Shown one piece after another: positions 39,850 through 53,924 of a DNA stretch of 64,000 nt. This DNA comes from Octopus vulgaris (Eukaryota). The stretch is taken from assembly GCA_951406725.2 (NCBI GenBank), contig OX597817.1, positions 130,820,001 to 130,884,000 on the forward strand, in the 5' to 3' direction. Both the position numbers and the translations under genes were made by a program. A model generated the notes under the pieces. It saw only the letters and a list, made by a program, of their open reading frames with translations. It was not told the origin of the DNA and did not search any database. Each line of letters starts with the position of its first letter. Within the stretch, counting starts at the first letter, position 1.

Positions 39850-42800
39850 AGAAACTCTGGTGTAACAACGAAAATGAAACTGGACCTTTAAGGGAAGGCC
39901 TCTCACTCGGAAGTGGTTCAGCAAAGATGCAGGCTGATCACAGCTGTTATTCTAACTCAGCATCAGCTGATCATAAAACTAGGAGGACCAGCAAAGAAAA
40001 CAGGATAGGAATGCAGTGCTATTTAGAAAGTAAACCTTAAAGAAGGGGTTATAGAGAACGGTGTAGAGAAGGGTATGTTTAAAGTTGATTAGTTGATTAA
40101 GCTAATACTATTAGAAGAATGTGGATGATAGAATTGGCGGTAGAAGAGATCACAATAGAACTGGAAAACAAAAGTTGGGCAGTAGGAAAGACATACAACA
40201 ACAAGAATACATCTCAAACCAAAGAAGAACCCAAAGAAAAAATGATAATAGCGCTACCAAAGACTTAAGTGATTTAAGTGAGAAAGATCAGAAGATTTTA
40301 GATGAGTTGTAGGAAGTAATGAGAAAAGATGTAAGAAAAATATTGACGGTATTAAATGGTACCAACAGAAGGAAGCTGCTAGAAAATGTCTCGGAAAGTA
40401 GATTCTGTTATCAATAGGATAGATACTAAAATATAAAAAATATAGTAGATACTGACTTATTGGTCTATGCAGTCAGAGTAGTAGTCACCATAAGATTAGC
40501 TATTCCTGAAGGAAAGATTTTAAAAAAGCATATGAGGAAAAGGAGATTACAAAATAAAATAAGTGAAGACTTTAAGACAAAAATCTGAGTAGAATAGAAA
40601 CCTGGAAATTGATCAGTTAGGAAACAGAAGATGCTATACTCTTCAAAAAAGACAGTTAAAGAGAAATGATTTGGAGCAGTCATAGAAGAGATGAAACAGC
40701 GTATCATAGTAGTAGCAGATAAGCTCTCCAGATACCATAAAAGAATAGATCAATATCAACAGAATAGATTATTTCAGACAGACCAGAGCAGATTTCATAA
40801 CAAATGAAATGATGGAGAACGAAGTACTGAAGATGAGAAATCTAATGCAGAAGAAGCTACACATTTCTGGAGTAATATTTGGGATAAGGCAGTCAATCAT
40901 AATGGAAATGCAGGATGGTTAAAGAAAGTGAAAGAAGTAGTGAGTGAGAAGCAGCCAGATCTAAGATTAACTAGTACATTGATAATTAAAGTGTTAGATA
41001 AATGCCGAATTGGAAGGGCCCAAAATCGGATTTAATTGAAGGGTGCTGGTTGAAAAAATTCAGTTGTTTACATGAGAGGCTTAGGGAACAACTTCAGAAT
41101 TGCCTTATTGGAGGAATAATACCAGATAGGATTAATAGATGCAGGACAATACTCATTATGAAAGATAAGAGCAAATAAAATACAGCTAGCAATTATAGAC
41201 CGATCACATTCTTACCATTATTGTGGTAGCTGTTGAGAGGAATGCTTTCAGAAAGCATTTAGGAGCACCTTGACAGCCAGAATTTACTGCAAGAAAAACA
41301 AAAAAAGTTTCTAGAAGAAGGCTAGAGTAACGCATGATCTATTATACATAGAGAAATAAGTAAAAGCTAGAAAGAAAAATATCTAACAATATCAAGGATA
41401 GATAATAAGAAAGCCTATGACATGATCCCACAATCATGGATAAGTGATCATTTGTGTATATTCAAACAAAATAAGAGAATTAATTCGCTGTAGCATGAAG
41501 AAACGGAAAGTAGATACTTACTCAGGTGACACACTCTCAGGGAAAGTTAATATCAAGTGAGGAATTTTCCAAGGGGATTCGTTATCCCTTTTAATATTTT
41601 TCTTTATATTTGATCCCCTTCAGTTTAGTATTAAGGAAGGTAAGGACAGGGTATCAGTTCAGAAATAGTAAGGGGAAAATTAGCCATTTGCTCTATATGG
41701 ATAATGTGAAAATGTTTAGTAAGAATGGAAAAATATTCCTTAATACAGACTGTAAGACTCTTCAGCAAAGATATAAGCATGGAATTTGGCATAGATAAGT
41801 GTGCAATATTAGAAGTGAAAAGGGGACTTGTAGTCAATAGCGAAGTCATCCAATTACCAGATGGCCAGACATCAAGATCGCTGAGGAAAGGGGAGTATTA
41901 CAGTATCTAGGAGTATTAGAATCTAAGAAAGTACTAGCTACAGAAATGAAAACGAATATCGAGAAGGAGCGGATCAGAAGTGTGAGGAAGTTAATGAAGT
42001 GAGAGCGAAATGGTCTGAATCTAGTAAATTCTGTAAATACTTGAACAATATCATTACTTAGATACTCAGCAGCTTTTGTAGATTGGACAAAAACTGAATT
42101 AGCAAAGCTAGACAGAATAAATAGGAAGGCATTCAATAGGAATGGAGAACTCCATCCCAGAGCAGGAGTGACAGGATTATACTTACCTAGAAAGGAAGGT
42201 GGAAGAGACTTAATATCAGTAGAATCTTCGTGGACTTAGTTAAAGTAGATGTAGACTCCTGTGTAGGCAAGAGTGAAGAAAGTTTAAGAGCTGCTAGAGT
42301 AACAGCAGGACACAGGGAAACCAAAGTCAATCGAAATTAAAAACCAGGAAAAGAATAGAAATTATCTGATTGGCAGGAGAAGGATTTGCATGCTAGATTA
42401 CCAAAGGTAGTTGCAGTAAATAATAGTAGTGAGACATGTTTATGTTTGCAGAAATGAAGGCTGAAAAGAGAAACAAAGTTTGTTAGCAGTAGCACAAGAT
42501 CAAGCATTAAGGACTAATTGCATAAAAGCCAAAAACCGAGTGGATTCACAATGTAGGTTATAGAAATAAAAAGATTAAAGTTTTACTCATGCAGTAAGTG
42601 AATGTAGCACGCTGACACAAAAAGAATACTGGAAAATACATGACAATCCCTACAGAGTAATCCACTGGGAGCTGTGGAGAAAGTTAGGATTTGAACCTAC
42701 TGATAAATGGTTTGAACATGAACCTAGTAAATTACTAGAAAGTAAGAAATATAAGATATTGTGGGACTTTGATATACAGACTGACAGTGTAATAAAAACT

Positions 42801-43140
42801 AGAAGGCCTGATTTAGTTGTAATTGATAAAGAGTATAGAAAGTGCCAGATAATTGTCTTTACAGTCCCAAATGAGAAAAAATCAATATGAGAGGTATAGA
42901 AAAGATAGCAAAGTGCCAGGACCTAGTTATTGAATTACAGAGACTATGTAAAGTGCGGGTAAAATGTATTCCAGTTGTTATAGGTGCATTACGAACTATC
43001 CCTAAAGATCTGAACAGATGAATAAAAGAAGTAGGCATAAAACCCAGTTTAGTACAGCTGCGGAAAACAGTGTTTTTAGGGATAGCTAAGATACTTAGGA
43101 GTGTTCTTGGCATCTAAGGTTACTTGTTGTAGACCGATGT
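39850..43140 (+). mobile_element. Dong/R4-clade non-LTR retrotransposon, near full length, pseudogenised
   Basis: NYRPIT, KKAYDMIPQSW, GIFQGDSLSPL, HLLYMD, MEFGIDKCA, LYLPRKEGGR, AQDQALRTN, KILWDFDIQTD..RRPDLVV (restriction-like endonuclease); flanked by (TAA)n. Confidence 0.9.
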
Positions 43141-43229
43141 TAGGAATTTTTACCAACGATCTAATATGTTGTGTGTATATGAATAATAATATTAATAATA
43201 ATAACAACAACAACAACAACAACAAATAC

Positions 43230-43268
<39 letters not shown>

Positions 43269-44099
43269 CCATGGATGAAATTTACAAACATTTTAATGTA
43301 ACGTGCGTTTCCACGAATCACATGTTTCTAAAGATCATAGTGTGTTTTCCTAGGATGATTACAGTACACACCTTAGTATCCATGGATATCGGGAAGGTCA
43401 TGTGTGCGTGTTCATTTCTTCGGACGATATGGCATTAACGGATGTTTAACTGAGGGTTGTTTATCAATTTTGACCAATCAAAAGGTTGGTTGAGCTATGT
43501 GGGCATGTTTCTGTGTATTTGGTGGGAAGGAGTAGAAGGTGAGGGAAAGAGAGAAAGGAATTGTAGTTATAAGGAGATGGAGGTGTGTGTGGTGATGTTG
43601 GACTTATCTTCATATTTGGTTTGACCTGAGTCACAGCAGGCGTCCTGTCAATGCATTCAGCAGCGAACAAAAGCAATATAAATAGCAAAAGGTAGCAACA
43701 ACAACAACAACACAAGCAACAGAAAACAGGTATTTTGTTATTATTTGTTGTACCTGTTTTGTAAAATCATAGCCTCAAAGTGAGAGCTAATATCTCGGTT
43801 GTTGGTCCATCATAGACTATTTTTGTTACTTGTATCACTTTGACAATTTCTTTAAACATAACCATGGATAAAATTCAGCTAATTTGTATACAATGTTTTC
43901 TTTTGGTGACTTGTAGAGGTTTGCAACTTCTCGGAGTGTCATATCTCAAGTATTCAGTTTGAGATTACTTTTTTAACGCTCATAATATTATCTGCCTCTG
44001 CCGGATGTATGCAAATTTGTTTCATGGATTCACTTCGACACACTATGGGTAGTAGATGTCAAAGGCCTAGATACAATTACTGTCTGTATCAACTCATAC

Positions 44100-44335
<236 letters not shown>

Positions 44336-44669
44336 TCAGTCTACTTCGAAGTAATCTTTAACACAGTTTCTGTGCAAATTTCTGGTGTGAAATTAATGAT
44401 TTTCGAGCTTAGACATCAATAGCCTGTGTCATATCAAGCGACCAAGCGATTGGTGAGCGTTGCTACAGCAAACACTTCTTCAAAGAAAACCAGATAAAAC
44501 GCATATACCTGGATATAACTCACTCAGCAAGCAACTCCTTACTGGAATGGACCTTGATACCACAAAACTTCATTTGAAAAGGATTTAGTAAAATCCTACC
44601 AGGTGGTGCTATTGAGTTAGATATAGCCTGGACCAATCTTTGGCCGAAATATATCTAAGTTATTTAAGC

Positions 44670-44738
<69 letters not shown>

Positions 44739-45465
44739 CAATGGAGGCAATAACAGCGGAAAACTAGAGGAATATGACCTATTATCCAATGGAATATTCA
44801 ATATATATATATGTACTTTCATTGGACCTCAATACATCAATATAAAGTTCTAGATAATACAGTATCAAAACATACAAGTATATAAACATATAATTATTTA
44901 ATATCTTAAAATATTTGAATATATTTAAAAATACGTTGGCATTATAAATATATAAATACATAAAAAGATATAAAAATGGATATAAAACGTCGATATGAAA
45001 TAAGATAAAAACTAGTAGGTATTTAAAAATATCCAAAATGTTCATATATATCCAGTAGTCAGCGTGAAAAACCTCAGAAGAGAAAAAAAAGAGAGTTGCA
45101 TTCGGTACGATGTGTTTATTTATTTTAGTAGTTTTGACTTCAAGAGTCCCTCCTAGCGTGTGGCATTTATGTGTAGTAATGCCCTTTATATAATATAAAT
45201 AAATAGATTTAAGTGATAAAAATTGGTGGATCTTTTCTCTTATGAGGTTTTATTATAAAGAATTTATCCTATTATTAAATTGTGAATTTAACCGGAGTAT
45301 ATTCAATAATGAATTTTTATTTCGTATAAGCTCATTGTTACCGATAGGCAATTCGAAAAAACCTCCATTTACATAGATGTACAAGGGTGAACATTTCTAT
45401 ATACAACATTGGTTGTTCGTCTGGTATGTTGATTTTGTTCATTCATTATAAATCTAGAATTATGT

Positions 45466-45525
45466 TTGCACTGATGAGTAAAGAGTGCACCACTGCACTG
45501 ATTATGAAATCACGGTGATCTGCAG
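45466..45525 (+). ncRNA. Type I hammerhead ribozyme with intact core
   Basis: TTGCA-CTGATGA-GTAA-(AGTGCA-CCAC-TGCACT)-TTAT-GAAA-TCAC-G-GTGA-TC-TGCAG; all core positions present, predicted cleavage after C45520. Confidence 0.78.
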
Positions 45526-46399
45526 CTAAATTCTGTTTGTAAATGACTTGCTTCGAGAGTTGCATTCGGTACGATGGGTTTATTTATTTTAGTAGTTTTG
45601 ACTTTAAGAGTCCCTCCTAGCGTGTGGCATTTATGTGTAGTAATGCCCTCTATACAATATATATATATTGGTATCTCTTTGATACCTATATATATACCTA
45701 TATATATAGGTATCTCTTTGTCTCCATTAATATTCACAGGCGTCGTTCTGCTTGCGTTGCACGTTGTAACCATGTCTCGGTTCCTTGATATGTACTGACA
45801 ATGCACGACCTTTGTGAATAAAGGGCTCTTTGAGGTGGTGTCTTTGGCTTCCAGTTCTCCATATAAACATGTTAGGTCTGTCTTTTGCTCCAGAGACTGG
45901 GAGATTTATTACCTGACTTGCAACAGATGGCATTTGGCAGCAGAAAGGGAACCTGACCACACAAACCTCTACCCCAGTATACTCATCTGACCCTTACAGC
46001 ATTGTAAGGTAGAAGTTAAACCATAGTAGATATGTGTATGTGGGGGGATTGGGCACGCTCGTATGTGTGTGTGTTTGTAATATCTAAGAAATTTACCCTC
46101 TTGTTTCTCCTCCTCGTCCTCATCACCATCATTGAGCATCTGTTTTCTTTGCTGGAATGGGTTGGATTGTTCGATAACCGGACGACTGTGCCAAACTCTA
46201 TTCTCTGCTATCGTTGTATATTTTCAAACTTACCCAAATTTACTTACCCATAATTAATGCTCCACTTTCCTCCATCCAGTTGCAAATCGATTGGTTGGGC
46301 GTAAACTTATATCAATCTTTGCCTCAATAATCATTATTGAGTAGAATCATTAAGAGTACTTTAAAGCAATTAAGCCCCGAGCAATGTTGGGCACTTCTG

Positions 46400-46433
<34 letters not shown>

Positions 46434-46969
46434 TTGCAGAAGTGCCCAACATTGCTCGGGGCAATACTTTCACATAAAATAATCGAAATTAGGTTCTGTA
46501 GAAAACAAGTTATGATAAAATATGTAGGGCCAAAAATGGGAGAGTAACACCCGATACTTACTTTGCCTCATAATTTCTCAGTTATTGGAAAAGCAAACTA
46601 TAAGTTAATCATAATTTTTAAACGCATTTGATGAGTAGAAGCTTTTAGTGAAAGTCTCTTTAATAGATATTAGGTAGTAAAAAGATGTTATGCAGTCTTA
46701 AGTAGCCAAAACTATGGTAGGTAATGGCCAAAATTGACTCTGACTCAAAATGTCTCGGGTATTTCATAAGCTATACATTTTCACAGTAGAAAAAAGTTTT
46801 AAAAAATGTAGGGCCAAAACTGAGAGAGCTGCGCCTAATATTTACTTTCTCATTTTAATTATGATGTTTAAAAGAACTTAATGAGTAGGATCTTTTGGTA
46901 AAGACCTTGCTAAATGATATTAGATAGAACAAAAATCATGCAACTTTAAGTAGCCAAAAAATTGGTGCT

Positions 46970-48400
46970 AAAGATGTGCAAAGCCACAGTGGATTTCCTA
47001 TTAAAAAGAGGCCACAAGAATTTGAGGGAAAAAGTGTCATGGGAGGCCTACCATGTCCAATTTGAACTATTGACTGACCAGAATGGATAGGATGATGAGC
47101 AAAGTGCAGTTCAGCTTGCTACTAGTCTACAGGGCACTACACTAGAGGTACTGAGCCAGTTGTCTGTGGAGGACAGGAGTTGATATTCTTCAATAGTTGA
47201 ACTGTTCATGAGAAGATATGGCACAATGTGCCTGAGTGAAGTGTACGGGGTACGATGTCAGACCCACATAAGGGTTAGAGGAGAATCACATTGCTTGTCC
47301 AGGCACCTTTAGGTCTTCTTCAGAAAGAGCAGTTTATCGATGTTTAGGTCAGGTCAGGGCAGGGCAGGGCAGGGCAGTGCAGAGCTCAAAGTTCAAGTGA
47401 AACAAGCAGAGCCAAATACTGTTCAAGAGACATTGGCTAAAGCTCTGGAATTTGAGTCGTACGGTCTGGCACAGGAAGATTTCAGGTGGACTACAGTCCT
47501 AGATTCAAAGCAAGGAAGGAGCAAGTACATGAAGCTTGAAGATTTAATGGAAGTTGTTGGTACCACGAGAAGATTGGACATAAAAAAATAAAGCTGTTTG
47601 AAAAAGAAGGAACAAGAGATAGTTGGAATAAATTGTTGGCTTTGTGGGAAGCAAGGACACACGATGCCAGATTGTTGTATCCTGAAGAGAGAGCAAAGGC
47701 AGGACGGTAGTAAAATGTTCACACTTAGGAGAGAGTTTGGGACATGTGGTGGAAAGGGACATCTTAGTTTTGACTGCCCTACATGAAAGAAGGATATTGA
47801 GAAGGTAACGAAAGACAAAGGTGAGTCGGAAAACTAGAAGAGGCTGGTGTTAAGGGGCAACTGCCAGCGAATATTCCAAAGAACTCCCAACTCTGAGAAG
47901 AGGTGAAAGGATTGTAATTGACAGTATACAAATGGATGGTAGAAGTGACGGCTAGAAATGTCACCTTGTGACTGGTTCGGCTTTGGAGCAGACATTTGTG
48001 ACTCTCAAGATGTTACAGCATCAAAACCTACCAGTTATCATGGCAGTTGTATGGAGTTACTGAACAATGTACTGACTTGAGAGAATCGTCTGATGTCCTG
48101 ATTGAAGTTGCAGGTCAAAGGTCGCACTTCCAGTCTACGTGGTGGAAATGAAGTATCCTTGTTTCCTAGGTCTGGACTACTTGTCGTTTATCGGGTGTGA
48201 ACTGGATGTCTGCTTTATGAAGCTTTGGATCAAAGAAAGATTAGATTGTGTCAAGGTGGTAAAGCGGATAATTACAGGTGGTGAAGCGAAAGCATTACGG
48301 ATGACAGTGTTCCCACCGAAATCGGAACTGTAGATCTAGTGTAGTGTGAAGCACCATATTGCCCAATCGAGCAACCGGTTTGGAGGATGGTGCCAGTGCA
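46970..48400 (+). mobile_element. Gypsy/Ty3 gag-protease remnant
   Basis: QLATSLQG..LEVL, CWLCGKQGHTMPDC and CGGKGHLSFDC knuckles, LGLDYL; many stops. Confidence 0.75.
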
Positions 48401-49279
48401 TCAAAATTGCAAAATCTTCGTCAAAACTTTGTACTGGAGACCAAATCTTTCCAGGAAGTTAAAGAACAGCATACACATGTGTTGCAGGAACTTGATAGGG
48501 AAAAACTTGAACCAGAAAGTAGATCTTTTAATGAAATAAAATGGGAAACTAAAAGAGCAAATTTCCTCACTGAACAGTGATAACAGCGGAGGGTCAGAAA
48601 ATAAATTTCAGTTGATTTGGAAAATTGACGAACTAAAGGGGAATATCTTGAGAAAGAAAATGAAAGAAATGAAAAAATTCAGGTATAATAGAGTTAATCA
48701 TGATGAAATAAAATAAGGATATTCTTCATAACATTGTATTAATAATAAACAAAAACGAATCACGATTTCAAAATTTTTATTTGATACATGAGTATTTATG
48801 ATAAAGCATCAGAGTATTTTTATCAAATTTTATATTTATTTGTAGTATTTTAAGCTCTTTTCCTGTATTTTAGGTTAATTCTTTGGTGAAATAATAATTA
48901 TTTATGGATGATTTTCTGTTTGGATTGAAGATTTCAAAAGCAAAATTTATTTCTCTGAAAAACACACCATTTCAGAGCTTTCCAAGGTTAAATACAGAAT
49001 AGACTGAAAGACAGGAGCCAACGAGAGTTAGCTGTCAGATATAATTCATATAAAAGGTACATTTCTATGATGCCATTAAGAAACAAACAATTTACACACC
49101 ACAAGTTCAGAGTCTGACATTTTGTAAATAGAAACATTTGGACACAGCATGCTCAGGCTTAATTCCACAATATTTTATGTCACCTTTCAGGAAAAAAAAA
49201 CCACTTTATGTATTGGTGAAAATTCAACATTGTTGGAGAGAATAAAGATTAAAGATGTAGATCAAAAAAGTTAACTAAC

Positions 49280-49870
49280 ACAGAGGACTGGAAACCATCT
49301 GAATATTGGAAGAGAGTTAGCTGTATCATTATGATTCATACTGGGTATAAAAGATGCTGACATTATGACTGCTGTTAAATGCTTTCTGAACACTGTAAAA
49401 GATGTAAGACATGACATGCACAGCAGCAACAGAGACTACAAAGCAGCAGGCTCATGTCTGGGTGTGTCTCTTGATTGCTACTCAGACTTCCGCAAAGAAT
49501 CAAAAGTACTTCTCAGAGAATTTCTATGCTTTCTTCATCCCTAATTCCTGGCCTCTTAATTCTCCTGGTTGTAATCATTTGTGAGGCGCAGTTGAGAAAG
49601 ACACTGACTGTTCTGTTTCAACATAAATGCTGAGCAAGTAGACAAGATCAAGGAGGTGCTTGAAGATTTTTCCAGGGACAAAGTGAGAATACTTATGCCA
49701 GGTTCTGGAGTTGTCTTGGGACCATGGTGGAAGCTGAGGGTGGCTAGTTTGAGTAAACTGCTGTCTTCCAGCCGTAATCTAGTTCATATTCTTTTAATAT
49801 ATTCTTATTCTTAGATGGGATACTGTGGTTTATGTTATTATTATGCATACTGTCAAACTTAACGCAAACA
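49280..49870 (+). mobile_element. DD37D-like Tc1/mariner deleted element, paralog of 29990-30740
   Basis: Shared AAACCATC..AATATTGGAA and CAAGATCAAGGAG..CCAGGGACA segments; WPLNSPGCN. Confidence 0.55.
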
Positions 49871-50637
49871 CCCTCCACGAATAGAGCCACATATTGCTCA
49901 ATTAATCATACACAAAAGAAATACATCATACACAAATTAATAAATTAATCAACAACAAAAGAAATAGATCACAGGTGAACTGGCTTTCGTTTAGAATTGT
50001 CAGCTAAACAAGTATTTTGAGTTGTTAATACATAGACAGGTTGTAGTTATTGTCATAAAAACAATTACATAAAAATTAAGAATAACAATATTAAAAAAAT
50101 ACATAAGCATAAGACAGATTTATGTATAGATCTGTGTATGTGTGTGGATAATTGTGTGTAAATGACTGTATATGTATGTGAAATTACAGAGTAAATACAG
50201 TTCCACTATTGTTTTTAGATTCAATTATTCTTTTGTTTGTGTCAAATAAACTCTGAAAAACAAGTTATGTTTCATTTGTGAATGAAACTGTGGAAAAGAA
50301 CTGGCTTAACATGCAGCTAACTCACATAAATTAGTGAAAGTAAAATGCCCCTAAAATAATGAAAGCCTGCTGTGATAGAAACCTAGAGATGACAATAATG
50401 ACATCCCAGAATTTCATGTAAACAATGTTTGCAATAATAACTAATGTATCCAATACATAAACGTAAATATATTTAATTAATATGAAAACTGTACATGTAT
50501 TTTCTATAAGATTGGAACAATCACATTTAGAGGAAAATATTGATGCATGAAATGAAATTTGTGAACAGTTATGCTCGTCTCTAAATTTGTGTTGCTAAGG
50601 ATGTTCATGAAGACATGGTGTAAATATATCATCACTA

Positions 50638-51005
50638 GGCAAAGTTGTGCCTGTTTGATAAGAAGCTTGCTTTCCAACCACATACTTCCAGGTTCAGTCC
50701 CAATCATTGACACCTTGGGCAAGTGTCTTCTACTGTAGCCTCAGGCCGATATTTTTACTGGATTTCGTAGACAGAAACTGAAAGAAGCCCATCGTACACA
50801 CACACACGGGTGTGTGTGTATGTGTGTGTCCTACCACGAAAGCTTAATCGGTGTTGGTGTGTTTAGTTCTCCGTAACTTAGCGGTTCGGCAAAAGACCCC
50901 CAATAGAAGAAGTAATAGGCTAAAAATAAAAGTCCTGATGTTGTCAATTTGTTCAAAGGCGATGTTCCAGCAAGGCTACGGTCAAGTGACTGAAACAAGT
51001 AATAG
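50638..51005 (+). mobile_element. SINE family C, older copy
   Basis: Diverged match to 15015-15408. Confidence 0.8.
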
Positions 51006-51021
51006 ATGCATAACTAGATAT

Positions 51022-52680
51022 ATACTCCTCCCACCAAATTTGTTGCCCCATAACTTCCAGCAAAATGGATACTTTTCAACGAAACTTTCAACAAATAATC
51101 GCTTAGATCCTGTAGACTGAGCATATGTAAAGATTTGCTGGAAACGAATTTTCCGAGGAGTTGAGAAAAGGATTTTTGGAAAATTCACATAACCTAACAT
51201 GTTCTCCCTCATAAGTTTCAGGAAAACGGCTATTTTTTAATGAAATTTTACACAAATACCTCTCCAGCATTGTAGATTATAACTGCAAAGAAATTTTGAA
51301 AGCAAAACATTGGGGAGGTGTTTCTGGAAAATGAAGTCTTGGATCAGACGGTCCACATTATTTGGAATTTCTCCATTTTGACAGGGATTTTTTCCAACTT
51401 TTTTTTTCAGCACAGTTTTCAGAATGATCGGAGATATCATGAAAAACAAGGAAAAAGTTTGAAAATCTATGATTTTTTTTCACTCCTGCAACCCCCTCAC
51501 CACCCCATTCTGGACCGATTTTGGCCAAATGTTTTTTATTTTTCACTTATACATTTAAAACCTGTGAAAGAAACATTTTTTGTTAAAAGAAAAAAACACT
51601 GTTAATAATTTTAGAAGAAAATGTGTGATTCAAGGGAGATCTGGCCGTTTTGTCTAGCACATCCTAAGATTTTTTTTTTTTCTCACTCTCACATCCATTG
51701 ACATTGTTCAATATTTTTCTCCCCAGAAAAACATTTTATGGAATTATAATGCAAAAGTAACACACGCATAGTCCATTGCTGGGATATAAGCAAAAAAAAA
51801 ATGGTAATTAAAATTTTTACTTGCATCGCTGAACGAGGCCATGTATGTGTGTGTGTAAGGATAAAGAACATTTGCTAACAGAAAATTACGCTATCAAAAT
51901 AAATCAGCTTGTTAAAATCACTTTGGATATATTTCAGCAATAATCTTTTCAAACTGTCCAATATTTTAGAATTATATTAACAGAAACAATCAGGGAGAGA
52001 GTGCAGCTAAAAAACACCATAAATTTTCAAATTTTTCCTGTTTTTGTAGCATAAAAGTGTTTATGAGGGAAAATATTGAAAAGCATCTGAGTGAAAAAAA
52101 ACAAAACAAACAAGGCATGTGGTCTTGCAATATGCTAGAAACAACAGCCAAATTTCCTTTCAATCACGCACTTTTTCCTCATGCCCTTACCAAAAATTTG
52201 CCCGCAGGTTTCTTTGTAATCGTAATCTACACCGTTGGAAAGATATTTGTATGAAATTTCATTAAAACACACCCATTTTCCTGAAAGCTATGAGGGGGAA
52301 AATGTCGGATCGTGTGAATTTTCTGAAATTCCTTTCCTCAACCCTTCGGAAAATTTTTTGTCATTCTTCCGATATAGATATTTTATCTGTCATTTCTTCC
52401 CAGCTGTTTTGATGGCATGTTCGGTAAAATCCATTAATAGATTTTATGTATTTATTTTTCACTTTGATATATCACACACGCTTTGATCTTCAAGACCGAT
52501 TTTCATTCTCTTTACCAACTGAACAGATAATCATTCACACTCATACACACAGTCATTCACACACATACAAAGTTAGTCATACACAGAGAAAAAGAGGGTG
52601 ATGAGAGTGAGACATGAATCCTAGCTGCACACATACACAAATACACATAAACACATAATACAATATATAGAAACACACAC

Positions 52681-52745
<65 letters not shown>

Positions 52746-53550
52746 TAACCCTTTTCTTACCAACCCGGCTGAAACTGAGGACAAATGTCTTGTTTCCATG
52801 AGTTTCAATAAAAATCTTCCACCAAACCTTAGCCACAACTTATGTTCCTAATACTAGCTGAATGATAACTTAGTTATTTTACTAAATTCTAATATTTTCC
52901 CCCATAAACACATTTATGCCTTTAAAAAAATGAAACCGCCTCACTCCCTATCCCCGAATGTTTCTGTTAATATAATTCAAAGATATTGGAGAGTCTGAGA
53001 AGATTATTGCTGAGATTTATCCAGAGTGATTTTAATGAGCGGTATATAAAAGATGATTTATTTTGATAGCATAATTTTCTGTTAGTAAATGATTTTTTCT
53101 TATACAGCCTCGTTCAGTTGTGATGCGAGTAAAAATTTTAATTATCATTTATTTATCGCTTATATCCCAGCAATGGACTACATGTGTTACTTTCGCATTA
53201 TCATTCCATAAAATGTGTTATGGGGAGAAAACTATTGAAAAACATCAATAGATGTGAGAGTGAGAAAGAAACGAGGTGGGAGGTCTTGGGATGCGCTAGA
53301 AACAACAACCAATTCTTCCTTAAATCACACGTTTTTCTCAGAATTTTTCGATTTTTTGGTTTCTCTCATGGGCTTTAAGTGTATAGATAAGAAAAAGGAA
53401 AATGATCAAAATCGATCAGGACTGGGGTAGTGTGAGGGGAAAAAAGCAATAAATGCTTTGTAATCTATAGGATCTAAGTGATTATTAGTTGATAATTTCG
53501 TTAGATTTTTCTGGAAGTAATGAGTCAACAAATTCGGTGGGGTGGAGTTA
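51022..53550. mobile_element. ~2.5-kb non-autonomous fold-back DNA element with long diverged inverted arms
   Basis: Ends TACTCCTCCCACCAAATTTGTTG / CAACAAATTCGGTGGGGTGGAGTTA; internal inverted match 51770-51990 vs 52960-53185. Confidence 0.7.
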
Positions 53551-53924
53551 TGAATCTGTAGTTATGCTTTTTTTTTACACACACAAAAGAGAAATTTGAA
53601 ATCCATGAAAATCCATCATTTTGGAATGTTGCTCCTCACTCCTTTACGACAGAGATTCCCCATTTTGTCTTTTCTGAACAAAATGAAACAATGAACAGTG
53701 TAGAAAGTATCTTAGATAGGAAAGAGATACCAAACTACGCACAAATAATAGACATCTCACTTCCTAAATTAGAAATAGCAGCCAATCCCGCACAAATCAA
53801 GGACATCTCTCATTCATATAACAGAGAAAAGACACAAAGAATCGAGGCACCAAAAACCGAAAGTCTACAAAATTTAAAAGCATTGACTATTTTCATTGTT
53901 TAATACTTATGGAATTTTATTACA

